Shown here: in pieces, positions 11,362-20,132 of the stretch
How positions within the stretch are numbered: position 1 is the stretch's first letter
Layout: each line of letters opens with the position of its first letter
Sequence record: SRR22947727_232
Length of the DNA: 64,000 nucleotides
Reading direction: 5' to 3' (one strand)
Translations under genes and position numbers: made by a program
Notes under the pieces: generated by a model
Seen by the model: the letters and a program-made list of their open reading frames with translations, nothing else
Databases searched by the model: none
What the model was told of the DNA's origin: nothing

Positions 11362-12507
11362 TTATATCCCAAGCTGATTAAAAATAATCGTTATGAGTGA
11401 ATCGGAGATAACGATGAAAATAATTCCCGTAACTACTGCAGATGTTGCAGCATCCCCCACTGCAGAGGCACTTCGGCCACATTGCATACCTCTAATGCAA
11501 CCCGAGTAGGCAATTAATATTCCAAAAATTGATGCTTTAAATAAGCCGACTAGTACATCCTTTAAATTAACAGCTAATTCAGTTCTCACCCAATATTCTG
11601 TTGAGGAAATGTCAAACAAGCCGATGGCTACAGCCGCACCTCCTAACATACCCATGAAGTCTGCATATAAACATAAGAGTGGCATCACTAAAATGAGTGC
11701 CAACATGCGTGGCATTACTAAAAATTCCATCGGACTAAATCCCATTGTTTTTAATGCATCTATCTCACTATTTACGTTCATCGTGCCAATCTGAGCAGCA
11801 TATGAGGCACCCGTTCGTCCCGCCATGATAATACCCACCATGAGTGCTCCCATTTCACGTGTCATACCCAATCCAACTAAATCTGCCAGGTACATTTGAG
11901 CCCCAAATAATGACAATTGGAGTGCCCCTACAAATGCTAATATTAACCCCACTAAAAAACTAATTAAACTGACGATAGGCAGTGAGGCGGGTCCACAATC
12001 TTGTATATACGTCATCAAATCAACAAAACGAAAACGCCCTGTTCCTTTGATCAGAGAAAATGTACTTTGGATAAGCTCCCCTAAAAAGGTCACTAAATTT
12101 TTTAGTTCAACTTTTGCGTTCAACAAACTTCTTCCAATCAATTCAATCAAGGGTATTTTTTTCTTTTGTTTTCTTGCTCCATCCCTTTCTTTTACAGAAT
12201 AAGCAAGTTCTAGGAGCCCTTGAATACCCTTTGGAAGGGATTGAATGTCAACAGTGATTTTTTTATTCTTAGCAAAATCGATGATAAGTATTAATTGAGT
12301 CATAAAAAAACTATCCCAATCATCTAATTTTTTCGTAGAAAATGTTAATTTTTTAATCTTAGGATAGTCGGCTAGTCTTAGAAGTAAATCTTCTACCCCA
12401 TAAGCTGGCGAGCCTGTCGTCCAATTACCAAAAAAATTTATCTCAAAAACCTCTTTTTTGACAATTAACTTTATTTCATTTTTTGCAGTATTGTAAATTT
12501 TAGACAT
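11362..12507 (-). CDS. MlaE-family permease with N-terminal STAS-like domain
   Basis: REMGALM, AGRTGASYAAQIGTM, EIDAL motifs. Confidence 0.9.
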   Translation of the reverse strand: MSKIYNTAKNEIKLIVKKEVFEINFFGNWTTGSPAYGVEDLLLRLADYPKIKKLTFSTKKLDDWDSFFMTQLILIIDFAKNKKITVDIQSLPKGIQGLLELAYSVKERDGARKQKKKIPLIELIGRSLLNAKVELKNLVTFLGELIQSTFSLIKGTGRFRFVDLMTYIQDCGPASLPIVSLISFLVGLILAFVGALQLSLFGAQMYLADLVGLGMTREMGALMVGIIMAGRTGASYAAQIGTMNVNSEIDALKTMGFSPMEFLVMPRMLALILVMPLLCLYADFMGMLGGAAVAIGLFDISSTEYWVRTELAVNLKDVLVGLFKASIFGILIAYSGCIRGMQCGRSASAVGDAATSAVVTGIIFIVISDSLITIIFNQLGI

Positions 12508-12531
12508 TCAACTATTTAGATTTAATATTCA

Positions 12532-13212
12532 TTATAGTAAGTTTTTGTGCTCAATCAGACAATAGTTATTACCTACGCTTGTATAAAAATCCTCGATGCA
12601 TTGCTTGATACCCTCTTTATTATCAACCAGCTTAATTAAATTTAAATCTTCATCGCCTATCAGGCTATTTCCCAACAATTGCTTTTTTATCCATACCAAT
12701 GATTCTGACCAGAAGTCTTTCCCCACCAAAATAATTGGGAATTGTTGTATTTTGTTAGTTTGCATCAAAGTCATTACTTCAAATAATTCGTCAAGCGTAC
12801 CAAAGCCCCCTGGAAAGACTACATAAGCAGATGCATACTTTACAAACATCACCTTTCTTGTAAAAAAATATTTAAAGTTAAAGCTAATATCTTGATAACT
12901 GTTTGGTTCCTGCTCGTGAGGCAGGATAATATTTAGCCCAATACTGTTGGACTTTCCCTTAAAGGCGCCTTTGTTGATAGCCTCCATGATCCCAGGACCA
13001 CCTCCAGAGATAATAGAAAATCCTAAGTTAGATAAATCATATGCGACTTCCTCAGCCATAAGGTAGTACTTATCTATATTTTTTGTACGTGCACTTCCAA
13101 ACATAGAAATCGCTGGCATTATTTTTTTAAGCTCTGATGTTTCCATCAACTCCTTCATGATTTCTAAAAACTGGTCATTTTCTGGGTTATTGATGTCTAT
13201 TGTTTTTTTCAT
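12532..13212 (-). CDS. LOG-family nucleotide phosphoribohydrolase (TIGR00730-like)
   Basis: FGSAR, GGGPGIMEA, PGGFGTLDE. Confidence 0.9.
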   Translation of the reverse strand: MKKTIDINNPENDQFLEIMKELMETSELKKIMPAISMFGSARTKNIDKYYLMAEEVAYDLSNLGFSIISGGGPGIMEAINKGAFKGKSNSIGLNIILPHEQEPNSYQDISFNFKYFFTRKVMFVKYASAYVVFPGGFGTLDELFEVMTLMQTNKIQQFPIILVGKDFWSESLVWIKKQLLGNSLIGDEDLNLIKLVDNKEGIKQCIEDFYTSVGNNYCLIEHKNLL

Positions 13213-13415
13213 AAAAGGGTTTTTTTTATTTTAGATTGTATATTTTAAATATTACAGTATTTGAGAATTAAATTATTTTGAGGGATTTTTGATTTTACTT
13301 AAATCATGAAACAGGGGTTGGGTAAATTAAACATCATCAATAGGATAATGAGTTAAATGAATTCAACACACACACAAAAATTTTAGTAAAATTTAATCTA
13401 TGCGTGTAATTAAAT

Positions 13416-13904
13416 TTATTTTTCTAGGAGACTTCGAAGCATCCAAGCAGTTTTTTCATGCACATTTATTCTCTGGGTAAGCATATCTTCCGTGGCCTGA
13501 TCACTCGCTTTTTCGACTGTGCTATAAATACTTCTAATGGTCTTAATCACTGTTTCATGTCCTTCAACCAATTGAGCAATCATCGCTTCTGCTTTTGGTG
13601 GATTTGAAGGCGCATCTTTAACTGATGAGTATGCAGAAAAATCTTTATACGATCCAATTGCAAATTGATCTAATGCTCTTATCCTCTCAGCGATAACATC
13701 AACTGAATTCCAAAGCTCGGTATATTGATCCATAAACATCAAATGCAATGTATTAAACATTGGCCCTGTAACATTCCAATGGAAATTATGGGTATTTAAA
13801 TATAGTGTATAGGTATCTGCCAAGAGCTTAGAAAGACCTTCAGCAATTTTTTTTCTATCTGCGTCATTAATACCAATATCAATTTCTCTTTTTCCTAAGC
13901 TCAT
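13416..13904 (-). CDS. dps: Dps family ferritin-like DNA protection protein
   Basis: HNFHWNVTGPMF..LH, D..AERIRAL, HEKTAWML. Confidence 0.93.
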   Translation of the reverse strand: MSLGKREIDIGINDADRKKIAEGLSKLLADTYTLYLNTHNFHWNVTGPMFNTLHLMFMDQYTELWNSVDVIAERIRALDQFAIGSYKDFSAYSSVKDAPSNPPKAEAMIAQLVEGHETVIKTIRSIYSTVEKASDQATEDMLTQRINVHEKTAWMLRSLLEK

Positions 13905-13926
13905 TTGAGACTCCCTCTGAAAATAT

Positions 13927-14475
13927 TTATTGTACTGTTAGAAGAGTGGTATCAACTTTTTTAACGCCTTCAATAGCCTTTGTTACTTTAATTGCAATAT
14001 TAGCAGCTGATTGTGTGACTATGCCCATTAGGTAGACAACACCACTTTCTGTATAAATTCTTGTGTGAAGTTTTGATACACCTTCAGTATCAAGAAGCGC
14101 CGTAACTACCTTGGCTGAAATTTCAACATCGTCAGCAATACCTGAAGTTGAGTTGTTAGGTCCGACTGTCATTCTGTTATAGACAGCCTTCACATTCTCA
14201 ATTTTCTTAACTGCTGAAAGTATCTGATCGATGATTGCCTGATTAGCTGCCTGCCCAGTTACCAAAACTCTTCCTTCATAAGCATTACAACTCGCTCTAA
14301 ATTCACCTTCTATGTCAGAAAAATCACTGATGCAAGCAAAACCTATTTTTTCATCATCATACTGCGTTGATAAATCTCTTTTATCTCCAGCCGCACTTAT
14401 CACAGTCGTACAACCTTGAAGAAAAATAGTCATCGTTAAAAAAAGAAATGCAAAATAACCTCTAAGTGTGAACAT
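13927..14475 (-). CDS. Dual-BON-domain lipoprotein (DolP/YraP-like)
   Basis: Lipobox LQGC; two BON repeats (GRVLVTG, GVVYLMG). Confidence 0.8.
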   Translation of the reverse strand: MFTLRGYFAFLFLTMTIFLQGCTTVISAAGDKRDLSTQYDDEKIGFACISDFSDIEGEFRASCNAYEGRVLVTGQAANQAIIDQILSAVKKIENVKAVYNRMTVGPNNSTSGIADDVEISAKVVTALLDTEGVSKLHTRIYTESGVVYLMGIVTQSAANIAIKVTKAIEGVKKVDTTLLTVQ

Positions 14476-14641
14476 AAAATACCTATATATAAAATTAATA
14501 ATTACTTTAATTATATATTTTTAATTGATACTTATGTCGAAGTTATGACGCTTGGTTATGATTTATTTTTTGCATTATGGCAATTCTTTCATCGACCTTA
14601 TGATCTAGGACTAAAAAAAGGGTAATAACTGCAAAACCTAT

Positions 14642-14669
14642 AAAAATACTTTTTATGAGGTATTTTTTT
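14642..14669. terminator. Probable intrinsic terminator after the Sel1-repeat gene
   Basis: AAAAATACTTT-TTAT-GAGGTATTTTT hairpin with A/T tracts, immediately after the stop at 14671. Confidence 0.5.
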
Positions 14670-14670
14670 A

Positions 14671-15822
14671 TCATGACTTAAGTTCCTCTTTTGATGGCTG
14701 TAATTTTATTTTTGATTCACGAATAGAGATATCATTTAACATTGAAGATGCTTCAATGACGCCCAATGATGATGCTCGTTTGAACCATTGATTTGCAGCA
14801 ATGTCATCCTTTTCTACCCCATTGCCATTTTTATAAATCAAGCCAAGATGATAATGCGCTTGCGGTAAGTCTTTTTTTGAGGCTATTTTAAAATATTTAA
14901 ATGCGATAGATGGATCAGTAGGAACGCCTAAGCCATAGTAATATAAAAATCCTAGGTTTAAATCAGCCTCTGCTATGTCAGCTTGAACCGCTTTGAGGTA
15001 ATGTTGCCTTGCTAAAACATAATCTTGCTGAGTACCTCGACCATAATGATGCATTAATCCCAAATTAAACTCAGCTTCTAAAACATTTTGATTTGCAGCT
15101 TTTAGATACCAGCGATAAGCCTTTTGTAAATTTTGCATTTCGCTTGGGCCATAATGTAGTATTTGAGCAATATTAAATTGTGCTTCTTTCATGCCCTGCT
15201 TTGCTGCAAGCTCATAAAGCATTGCGGCATAAGAAAGATTTCTATTTACCCCTAAACCATAGTGATACATTTGCGCTAAATTATACTGAGCCTCAACAAG
15301 TCCTTCCCGAATCTCTTTGCATTGATAACGATCCAATGAAACTTGTTTTCTTGAAGCTTTCTCAAACCATGCAAATGCACTTTCAAAATTCTTTGGTCGC
15401 CCAAGGCCATATCTTTCTATTAAACCTAAATTGAATTGTGCATCTGGGTTATTTTTCAAAGCCGATTTATAATAGTAATCATAAGCTTCCTGATAGCTCA
15501 CCAATCTTCCTTTACCGTAATGACTCATTAAGCCAAGATTAAAATTAGCCTCATGTATACCGTTTCTTGCAGCTTTTTTGTATAGCGCTATAGCTTTAGA
15601 ATAGTCCTTAGTAAGGCTTTTACCAGAAAAAAACTGGTTCGCTCTGTCTAGTTGTGCATTAGCTATTTGATTTTGCGAGGGAATATTCCCAAACCCGATG
15701 AATTGACTTTCTTTAAACCACTTGTGCCAAAAATCACCATCATGACATTTTTCTTCTGAATGGCTTGTTAAGGAAAACATTAATAATTGTGCTAACGCTA
15801 ATAAAAGAACTTTAATTTTCAT
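14671..15822 (-). CDS. Secreted Sel1-like repeat protein
   Basis: Signal peptide; about eight A(Q/E)FNLG..Y..G.G repeats. Confidence 0.9.
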   Translation of the reverse strand: MKIKVLLLALAQLLMFSLTSHSEEKCHDGDFWHKWFKESQFIGFGNIPSQNQIANAQLDRANQFFSGKSLTKDYSKAIALYKKAARNGIHEANFNLGLMSHYGKGRLVSYQEAYDYYYKSALKNNPDAQFNLGLIERYGLGRPKNFESAFAWFEKASRKQVSLDRYQCKEIREGLVEAQYNLAQMYHYGLGVNRNLSYAAMLYELAAKQGMKEAQFNIAQILHYGPSEMQNLQKAYRWYLKAANQNVLEAEFNLGLMHHYGRGTQQDYVLARQHYLKAVQADIAEADLNLGFLYYYGLGVPTDPSIAFKYFKIASKKDLPQAHYHLGLIYKNGNGVEKDDIAANQWFKRASSLGVIEASSMLNDISIRESKIKLQPSKEELKS

Positions 15823-15854
15823 ACCCCACCTTTAATATATTAATTAATAGGAGG

Positions 15855-15881
15855 TAGACGAAAAAAAAATTAATTGTCAGG
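15855..15881 (-). promoter_or_regulatory. Candidate ECF sigma promoter, copy 1
   Basis: CCTGACAATT-N10-TCGTCTA, 32 nt upstream of the ATG at 15822; same boxes and spacing as 18250-18276. Confidence 0.7.
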
Positions 15882-15896
15882 GTTTAATTTATTATA

Positions 15897-16643
15897 TTAA
15901 TAAACTAAACCTTTTTTTATTAAGTACTCCATATTTGATTTTGCATCTTCATTTCCAAGCGCGGATGATTTTTTGTACCACTCATAAGCCTGAAAATAGC
16001 TTTGCTCAACATTAATTCCAAGCTCATACATAAGGCCTATATTGAATTGAGCATTTGAATCGTATTTATTTGCTAATACTAAACACTTTTCTAAGTTCAG
16101 AGTTATATTGTATGAACATAAATTATCATTTACGTCTTCCGGTATGGTTTTTTCATTATCCTTTGGTGCGTAACGCGACCAAAATCCGGTAAAACCGCCA
16201 TGTTTATCAAAATGTTCATCCCAAAAACTTTTATCATTTTGTTCAATATCCTTTGTTATTTTATCTGTCGTCTCTTTTGCAAGTACAATATGATTTAATT
16301 CCTCAGAAATAGACACGACCCCGTCATAGGTCTTTTTAGAAGCATAGACAAAGCCTGTGCCTAAAATGACAACCAAAAAAGCCTTAAATTTATTTTCAAA
16401 AAAAGATGCCCACAGATTGATTGCTGGAGTTTTATGCTTTTTCTTTTTTATAGCCGCTCTAATATTTTGGTAAAAAGGATCATCACGATCAGGAATTTTA
16501 TTTTCAATTTTTTTATTTTCGTCTAGCCAGGCTTTTCTGAGTAAACGGGCCTCAAGCCTTGTCTTAGAATCCATGCCACGCACAACAATTCCCTGAAGCG
16601 TATTTATCCAATCTTGTAATATTTTTTGTTCTTTATTTTTCAA
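15897..16643 (-). CDS. Single-pass membrane protein with C-terminal Sel1 repeat; candidate anti-sigma factor
   Basis: Basic N-terminal domain, one TM (AFLVVILGTGFVYA), C-terminal AQFNIGLMYELG repeat; 5 nt downstream of the ECF sigma gene. Confidence 0.6.
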   Translation of the reverse strand: MKNKEQKILQDWINTLQGIVVRGMDSKTRLEARLLRKAWLDENKKIENKIPDRDDPFYQNIRAAIKKKKHKTPAINLWASFFENKFKAFLVVILGTGFVYASKKTYDGVVSISEELNHIVLAKETTDKITKDIEQNDKSFWDEHFDKHGGFTGFWSRYAPKDNEKTIPEDVNDNLCSYNITLNLEKCLVLANKYDSNAQFNIGLMYELGINVEQSYFQAYEWYKKSSALGNEDAKSNMEYLIKKGLVY

Positions 16644-16648
16644 ATTTA

Positions 16649-17230
16649 TTACTCATCTATTTCGTTACATATCTCTAAAAATGGTCTAAACTTTTTTCTG
16701 CACTGACTCATAAATTCTCTCGTGGCGCCATACGACCTGCCGATAATCAATCTGATTTGTTCAGTGTTTAAGTCATTTAAAATAAATTCTACAACTTCTG
16801 CATGTTTAGGTTCTTTTTCACGAAATATTTTAAGCTGCTCTTGCACACAATCACTTAAAGCCTGATTTTTATCATATGTTCTTTGTTCATAAGCTTGATC
16901 TTTATTTTCATCAAGAGGAACCTCTCTATTTCTAATGAGCATCCTTCCCTGATCATTTATCATGTTACGAAAAACTTGATACATCCATGTTCTTGCAAAT
17001 TCAATATTTTTTATTGAATCTGATTTCATACAAAGTTTATCTATGATGAATTTTTGCACTAAATCTCTTGCATCTTCATAATCAATTCCACTTTTCATCG
17101 CAAAACCAATAAACTCTTTTCTAAATCCATATTTTTCAAAAAGTTTCAAAGCCTCATTACTACGGTTATCGACAAGCAATCGAACAATTTCAGTTGCTTG
17201 ATGACCTTTTGATGGCTTTTCTTTTGTCAT
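16649..17230 (-). CDS. ECF-type RNA polymerase sigma factor
   Basis: Region 2 (DARDLVQ, RTWMYQVFRNMIND) and region 4 HTH (EQIRLIIGRSYGATREFMSQCRKK); 193 aa. Confidence 0.8.
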   Translation of the reverse strand: MTKEKPSKGHQATEIVRLLVDNRSNEALKLFEKYGFRKEFIGFAMKSGIDYEDARDLVQKFIIDKLCMKSDSIKNIEFARTWMYQVFRNMINDQGRMLIRNREVPLDENKDQAYEQRTYDKNQALSDCVQEQLKIFREKEPKHAEVVEFILNDLNTEQIRLIIGRSYGATREFMSQCRKKFRPFLEICNEIDE

Positions 17231-17272
17231 TTACTTCCTCCTCTAAGTAAATTACGCTAATTTAAATAATAA

Positions 17273-17881
17273 TCATAGGCTTGTTGTTTTTACAATGCCC
17301 TCACATAACTCTTGTGCTTTTAATTTTGCAGCTACATAACCATTCAGACTAAATTCGTCCGATGGAACATCAAAGTATATTTTATGCGGGTTTGTTACCT
17401 CAATTTTAATTGTATTGAAATATGCCATCAGTGAGTCGAACATCCTCCCTTGAACAAAATTTCCAAAGAAAGCTATTTTGAGTGTTGCTAAATCAAATAC
17501 ACCTACTAAGTCAGTATTAATAATCGCTGGATCCTCACCTTCTGCTTGTGGGAAATTTACGCGCAAATCAATACTATCTCCCTCAAAATTATACAAACGA
17601 TTCTTATTTTCTTTTTGAGTAGACAGCGATGTTGCTAGAATATCTCGGTCACAATTTCCAGCTTTCTTTATCCACCCAAAGCGATGGCCATGAACAACCT
17701 TTCCATGTGTACTGTAACGAACAAGATTTTCATACCTTTCTACCTCCCAATCTTCGTATACATTATTTTCTGCCTTTTGTTCAATGTTGCTATGTTGGTT
17801 TTTATTATCAATGCTGTTGGCTGAGATAACATTACAAAATAAAAGCATTATCATTATTGAAATTACATTAATTTTTTTCAC
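17273..17881 (-). CDS. Hypothetical secreted protein
   Basis: GTG start with SD AAGGGAG; signal peptide; two Cys in the mature region. Confidence 0.7.
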   Translation of the reverse strand: MKKINVISIMIMLLFCNVISANSIDNKNQHSNIEQKAENNVYEDWEVERYENLVRYSTHGKVVHGHRFGWIKKAGNCDRDILATSLSTQKENKNRLYNFEGDSIDLRVNFPQAEGEDPAIINTDLVGVFDLATLKIAFFGNFVQGRMFDSLMAYFNTIKIEVTNPHKIYFDVPSDEFSLNGYVAAKLKAQELCEGIVKTTSL

Positions 17882-17898
17882 AATTTTCTCCCTTTTAT

Positions 17899-17962
17899 CG
17901 GTGGCTAGATTTTCGCACTAGCCCGGCGGCAGAAGAAGAACAGGAGGAGGAAATTCCTCTGC
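17899..17962 (-). ncRNA. Putative structured RNA element: two hairpins, one with a CCUCCUCC loop
   Basis: GC-rich patch in an AT-rich spacer; stem GCAGAGGAA/UUCUUCUGC with loop UUUCCUCCUCCUGUUC, then stem GGCUAG/CUAGCC. Confidence 0.45.
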
Positions 17963-17970
17963 AATTTTTA

Positions 17971-18222
17971 CTAAATTATCTTTCCTGAGGTAATCACCGT
18001 TTTTTTATTTGTTGAATGGATTAAATAACAATCTAAATAACTCCTCACTTCACTAACAACTGCATCATCCAACTTATTTGCTATGGCATTCAATGAAGAT
18101 TGGCCAAATGTTCGCATAAACTCTGAAATGCCGAGTTTTTGCTTTTCTCCGTATTCAAGTAAGAGATTCTGTATTTTTAATGGTAATTCACCTGTTTGGT
18201 AAGATTTTTTTGAAATAGACAT
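17971..18222 (-). CDS. Hypothetical small cytoplasmic protein, first gene of the ECF module
   Basis: 83-aa ORF with SD AAGGA, directly behind the candidate ECF promoter. Confidence 0.6.
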   Translation of the reverse strand: MSISKKSYQTGELPLKIQNLLLEYGEKQKLGISEFMRTFGQSSLNAIANKLDDAVVSEVRSYLDCYLIHSTNKKTVITSGKII

Positions 18223-18249
18223 ATTATTTCCTTGATTTTGTTTAATAGT

Positions 18250-18276
18250 TAGACGAGGGAAACAAAAATTGTCAGG
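18250..18276 (-). promoter_or_regulatory. Candidate ECF sigma promoter, copy 2
   Basis: CCTGACAATT-N10-TCGTCTA, 27 nt upstream of the ATG at 18222. Confidence 0.7.
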
Positions 18277-18341
18277 ATTTTTTTTAGTAAAAATTTTATA
18301 TGTTATCTTTAGTATTTGATAAAACTTGAAAATTAATATCT

Positions 18342-19661
18342 ATGCTTCAATCAATAGAAATTTTTGTTAGCCAACTGGCTGGCTGGATGTGGGGTGCCCC
18401 TTTATTAATACTCTTATTTGGCACGCATATCTTTCTAACATTTCAACTAAAAGGCATACAATTTAGAACCCTGCCCCTCGCCTTTAAAATTGTATTTAGT
18501 AAATCTGATCAAGATGGTGACATTTCACATTTTTCAACTCTAATGACAGCACTTGCTGCAACTGTAGGTATCGGGAACATAGTTGGGGTTGCCACAGCTA
18601 TCACATTAGGCGGACCTGGCGCTATTTTTTGGATGTGGCTAACAGCACTTTTTGGGATGTCGACAAAATATTCTGAAGCACTCTTAGCGGTTAAATATCG
18701 AGAAAAGGGTCCTAATGGAATGCGGGGTGGGCCTATGTATTATATTGCCAAAGGTGCAGGCCTACCTTGGTTGGGCTCAATTTTTGCCGTTTGTACTTTC
18801 TTGGCTGCATTTGGGGCAGGCAATATGGTTCAAGCAAATGCAACCGCATCTATCTTCCTAAATGTTTTTGATATTCCTACCATGTGGACTGGTGGAATTT
18901 TAGCGATTCTTGCAGGGTTAGTTATTGTCGGTGGAATAAAGTCCATTGGGAAATTTGCCTCATTTTTTGTTCCCTTCATGATCTTAATTTATATCAGTAC
19001 AGTTTTACTTGTCTTGATCTATCGATTTGAAGAGATACCTAATGCTTTTGCTTTAATTTTTAATCATGCATTTAATGGACATGCAGCAACAGGTGGTTTT
19101 GTCGGTGCAACACTTGCTGCTGCCATTCGCTTCGGCGTTGCACGCGGTTTATTCTCTAATGAGGCAGGACTTGGTTCTGCACCTATTGTTGCAGCAGCAG
19201 CTAAAACAAATGATCCGGTTAGGCAAGCTTTAGTTAGCATGACAGGTACATTCATCGATACAATTGTTGTATGCACACTCACTGCTTTAGTAATTTTAAC
19301 AACGGATGTCTGGACAGAAGGCATCAGCGCAGCGGACTTAACAGCTAGGAGTATTGCTGCCACTCTAGGTAATAACGGCGCAACCATTGTTGCCGTTTGT
19401 TCTGCCCTTTTTGCTTTTTCAACACTCATTGGTTGGAGTTATTATGGAGAAAAAGCGATTGAATATTTATTTGGCACTAGCGCAATCAATCTTTACAAAG
19501 TTGTTTTTTCACTTCTGATTTTTGTTGGCGCAACCATGAGTTTAGACTTTGTCTGGAATTTTTCAGATGTCATGAATGGCATGATGGCCATTCCAAATTT
19601 AATTGGTATTTTATTGTTAGTTAAAATCCTTAAATCAGAAACCAATAGATATTTTAAATAA
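18342..19661 (+). CDS. Alanine/glycine:cation symporter (AGCS family)
   Basis: ATVGIGNIVGVA, GGPGAIFWMW, RGLFSNEAGLGS, GWSYYGE. Confidence 0.93.
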   Translation: MLQSIEIFVSQLAGWMWGAPLLILLFGTHIFLTFQLKGIQFRTLPLAFKIVFSKSDQDGDISHFSTLMTALAATVGIGNIVGVATAITLGGPGAIFWMWLTALFGMSTKYSEALLAVKYREKGPNGMRGGPMYYIAKGAGLPWLGSIFAVCTFLAAFGAGNMVQANATASIFLNVFDIPTMWTGGILAILAGLVIVGGIKSIGKFASFFVPFMILIYISTVLLVLIYRFEEIPNAFALIFNHAFNGHAATGGFVGATLAAAIRFGVARGLFSNEAGLGSAPIVAAAAKTNDPVRQALVSMTGTFIDTIVVCTLTALVILTTDVWTEGISAADLTARSIAATLGNNGATIVAVCSALFAFSTLIGWSYYGEKAIEYLFGTSAINLYKVVFSLLIFVGATMSLDFVWNFSDVMNGMMAIPNLIGILLLVKILKSETNRYFK

Positions 19662-19678
19662 GCTCTGAATTAAATTTT

Positions 19679-20089
19679 TTAAACATTAATCACGCCCTTA
19701 GATAAATCAACTTCTTTTAAGAAGCTTAATAAACCAAAAATTAAGAAGGCCATTGCTAAAATAAATAAGATTGTAATAAGTTGATCAAAATTAAAAAGTA
19801 CTTCTGTTGCAATAAAAATCATAGCAATTAATACACATATCAAGAGTGCAGAAACTGTTGTTAATGCAATTGCCCAGTGTGTCCACTTAGATCTTTTGAT
19901 GAGGAACTCTATTTCTTTCTTGTGTTCCTTATTAAGCTTTTTGGATCCCTCCTTTAGAATTCTATATCGATCGACGATTCTTGAGAGCCGTGTTGACATA
20001 ACAGCTAAAATAGCCCCTATACCCGTTAACAAGAATGCAGGTGCAACCGCTAGTTGGATTACTGTAGCAATTTCTGTAAATTCAATCAT
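19679..20089 (-). CDS. DUF2721-like membrane protein
   Basis: IQLAVAPAFLL...RLSRIVDRYR pattern, three TM segments. Confidence 0.75.
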   Translation of the reverse strand: MIEFTEIATVIQLAVAPAFLLTGIGAILAVMSTRLSRIVDRYRILKEGSKKLNKEHKKEIEFLIKRSKWTHWAIALTTVSALLICVLIAMIFIATEVLFNFDQLITILFILAMAFLIFGLLSFLKEVDLSKGVINV

Positions 20090-20132
20090 ATTTTTTCATC
20101 AAAACCTTATTTTATCATTCTATATATAGTTA

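Noticed and set aside
14532-14625. Five TTATG words and a possible 26-aa ORF in the BON/Sel1 spacer
   Set aside because: Irregular spacing, no SD, and expected by chance in AT-rich DNA; not a CRISPR or iteron array.
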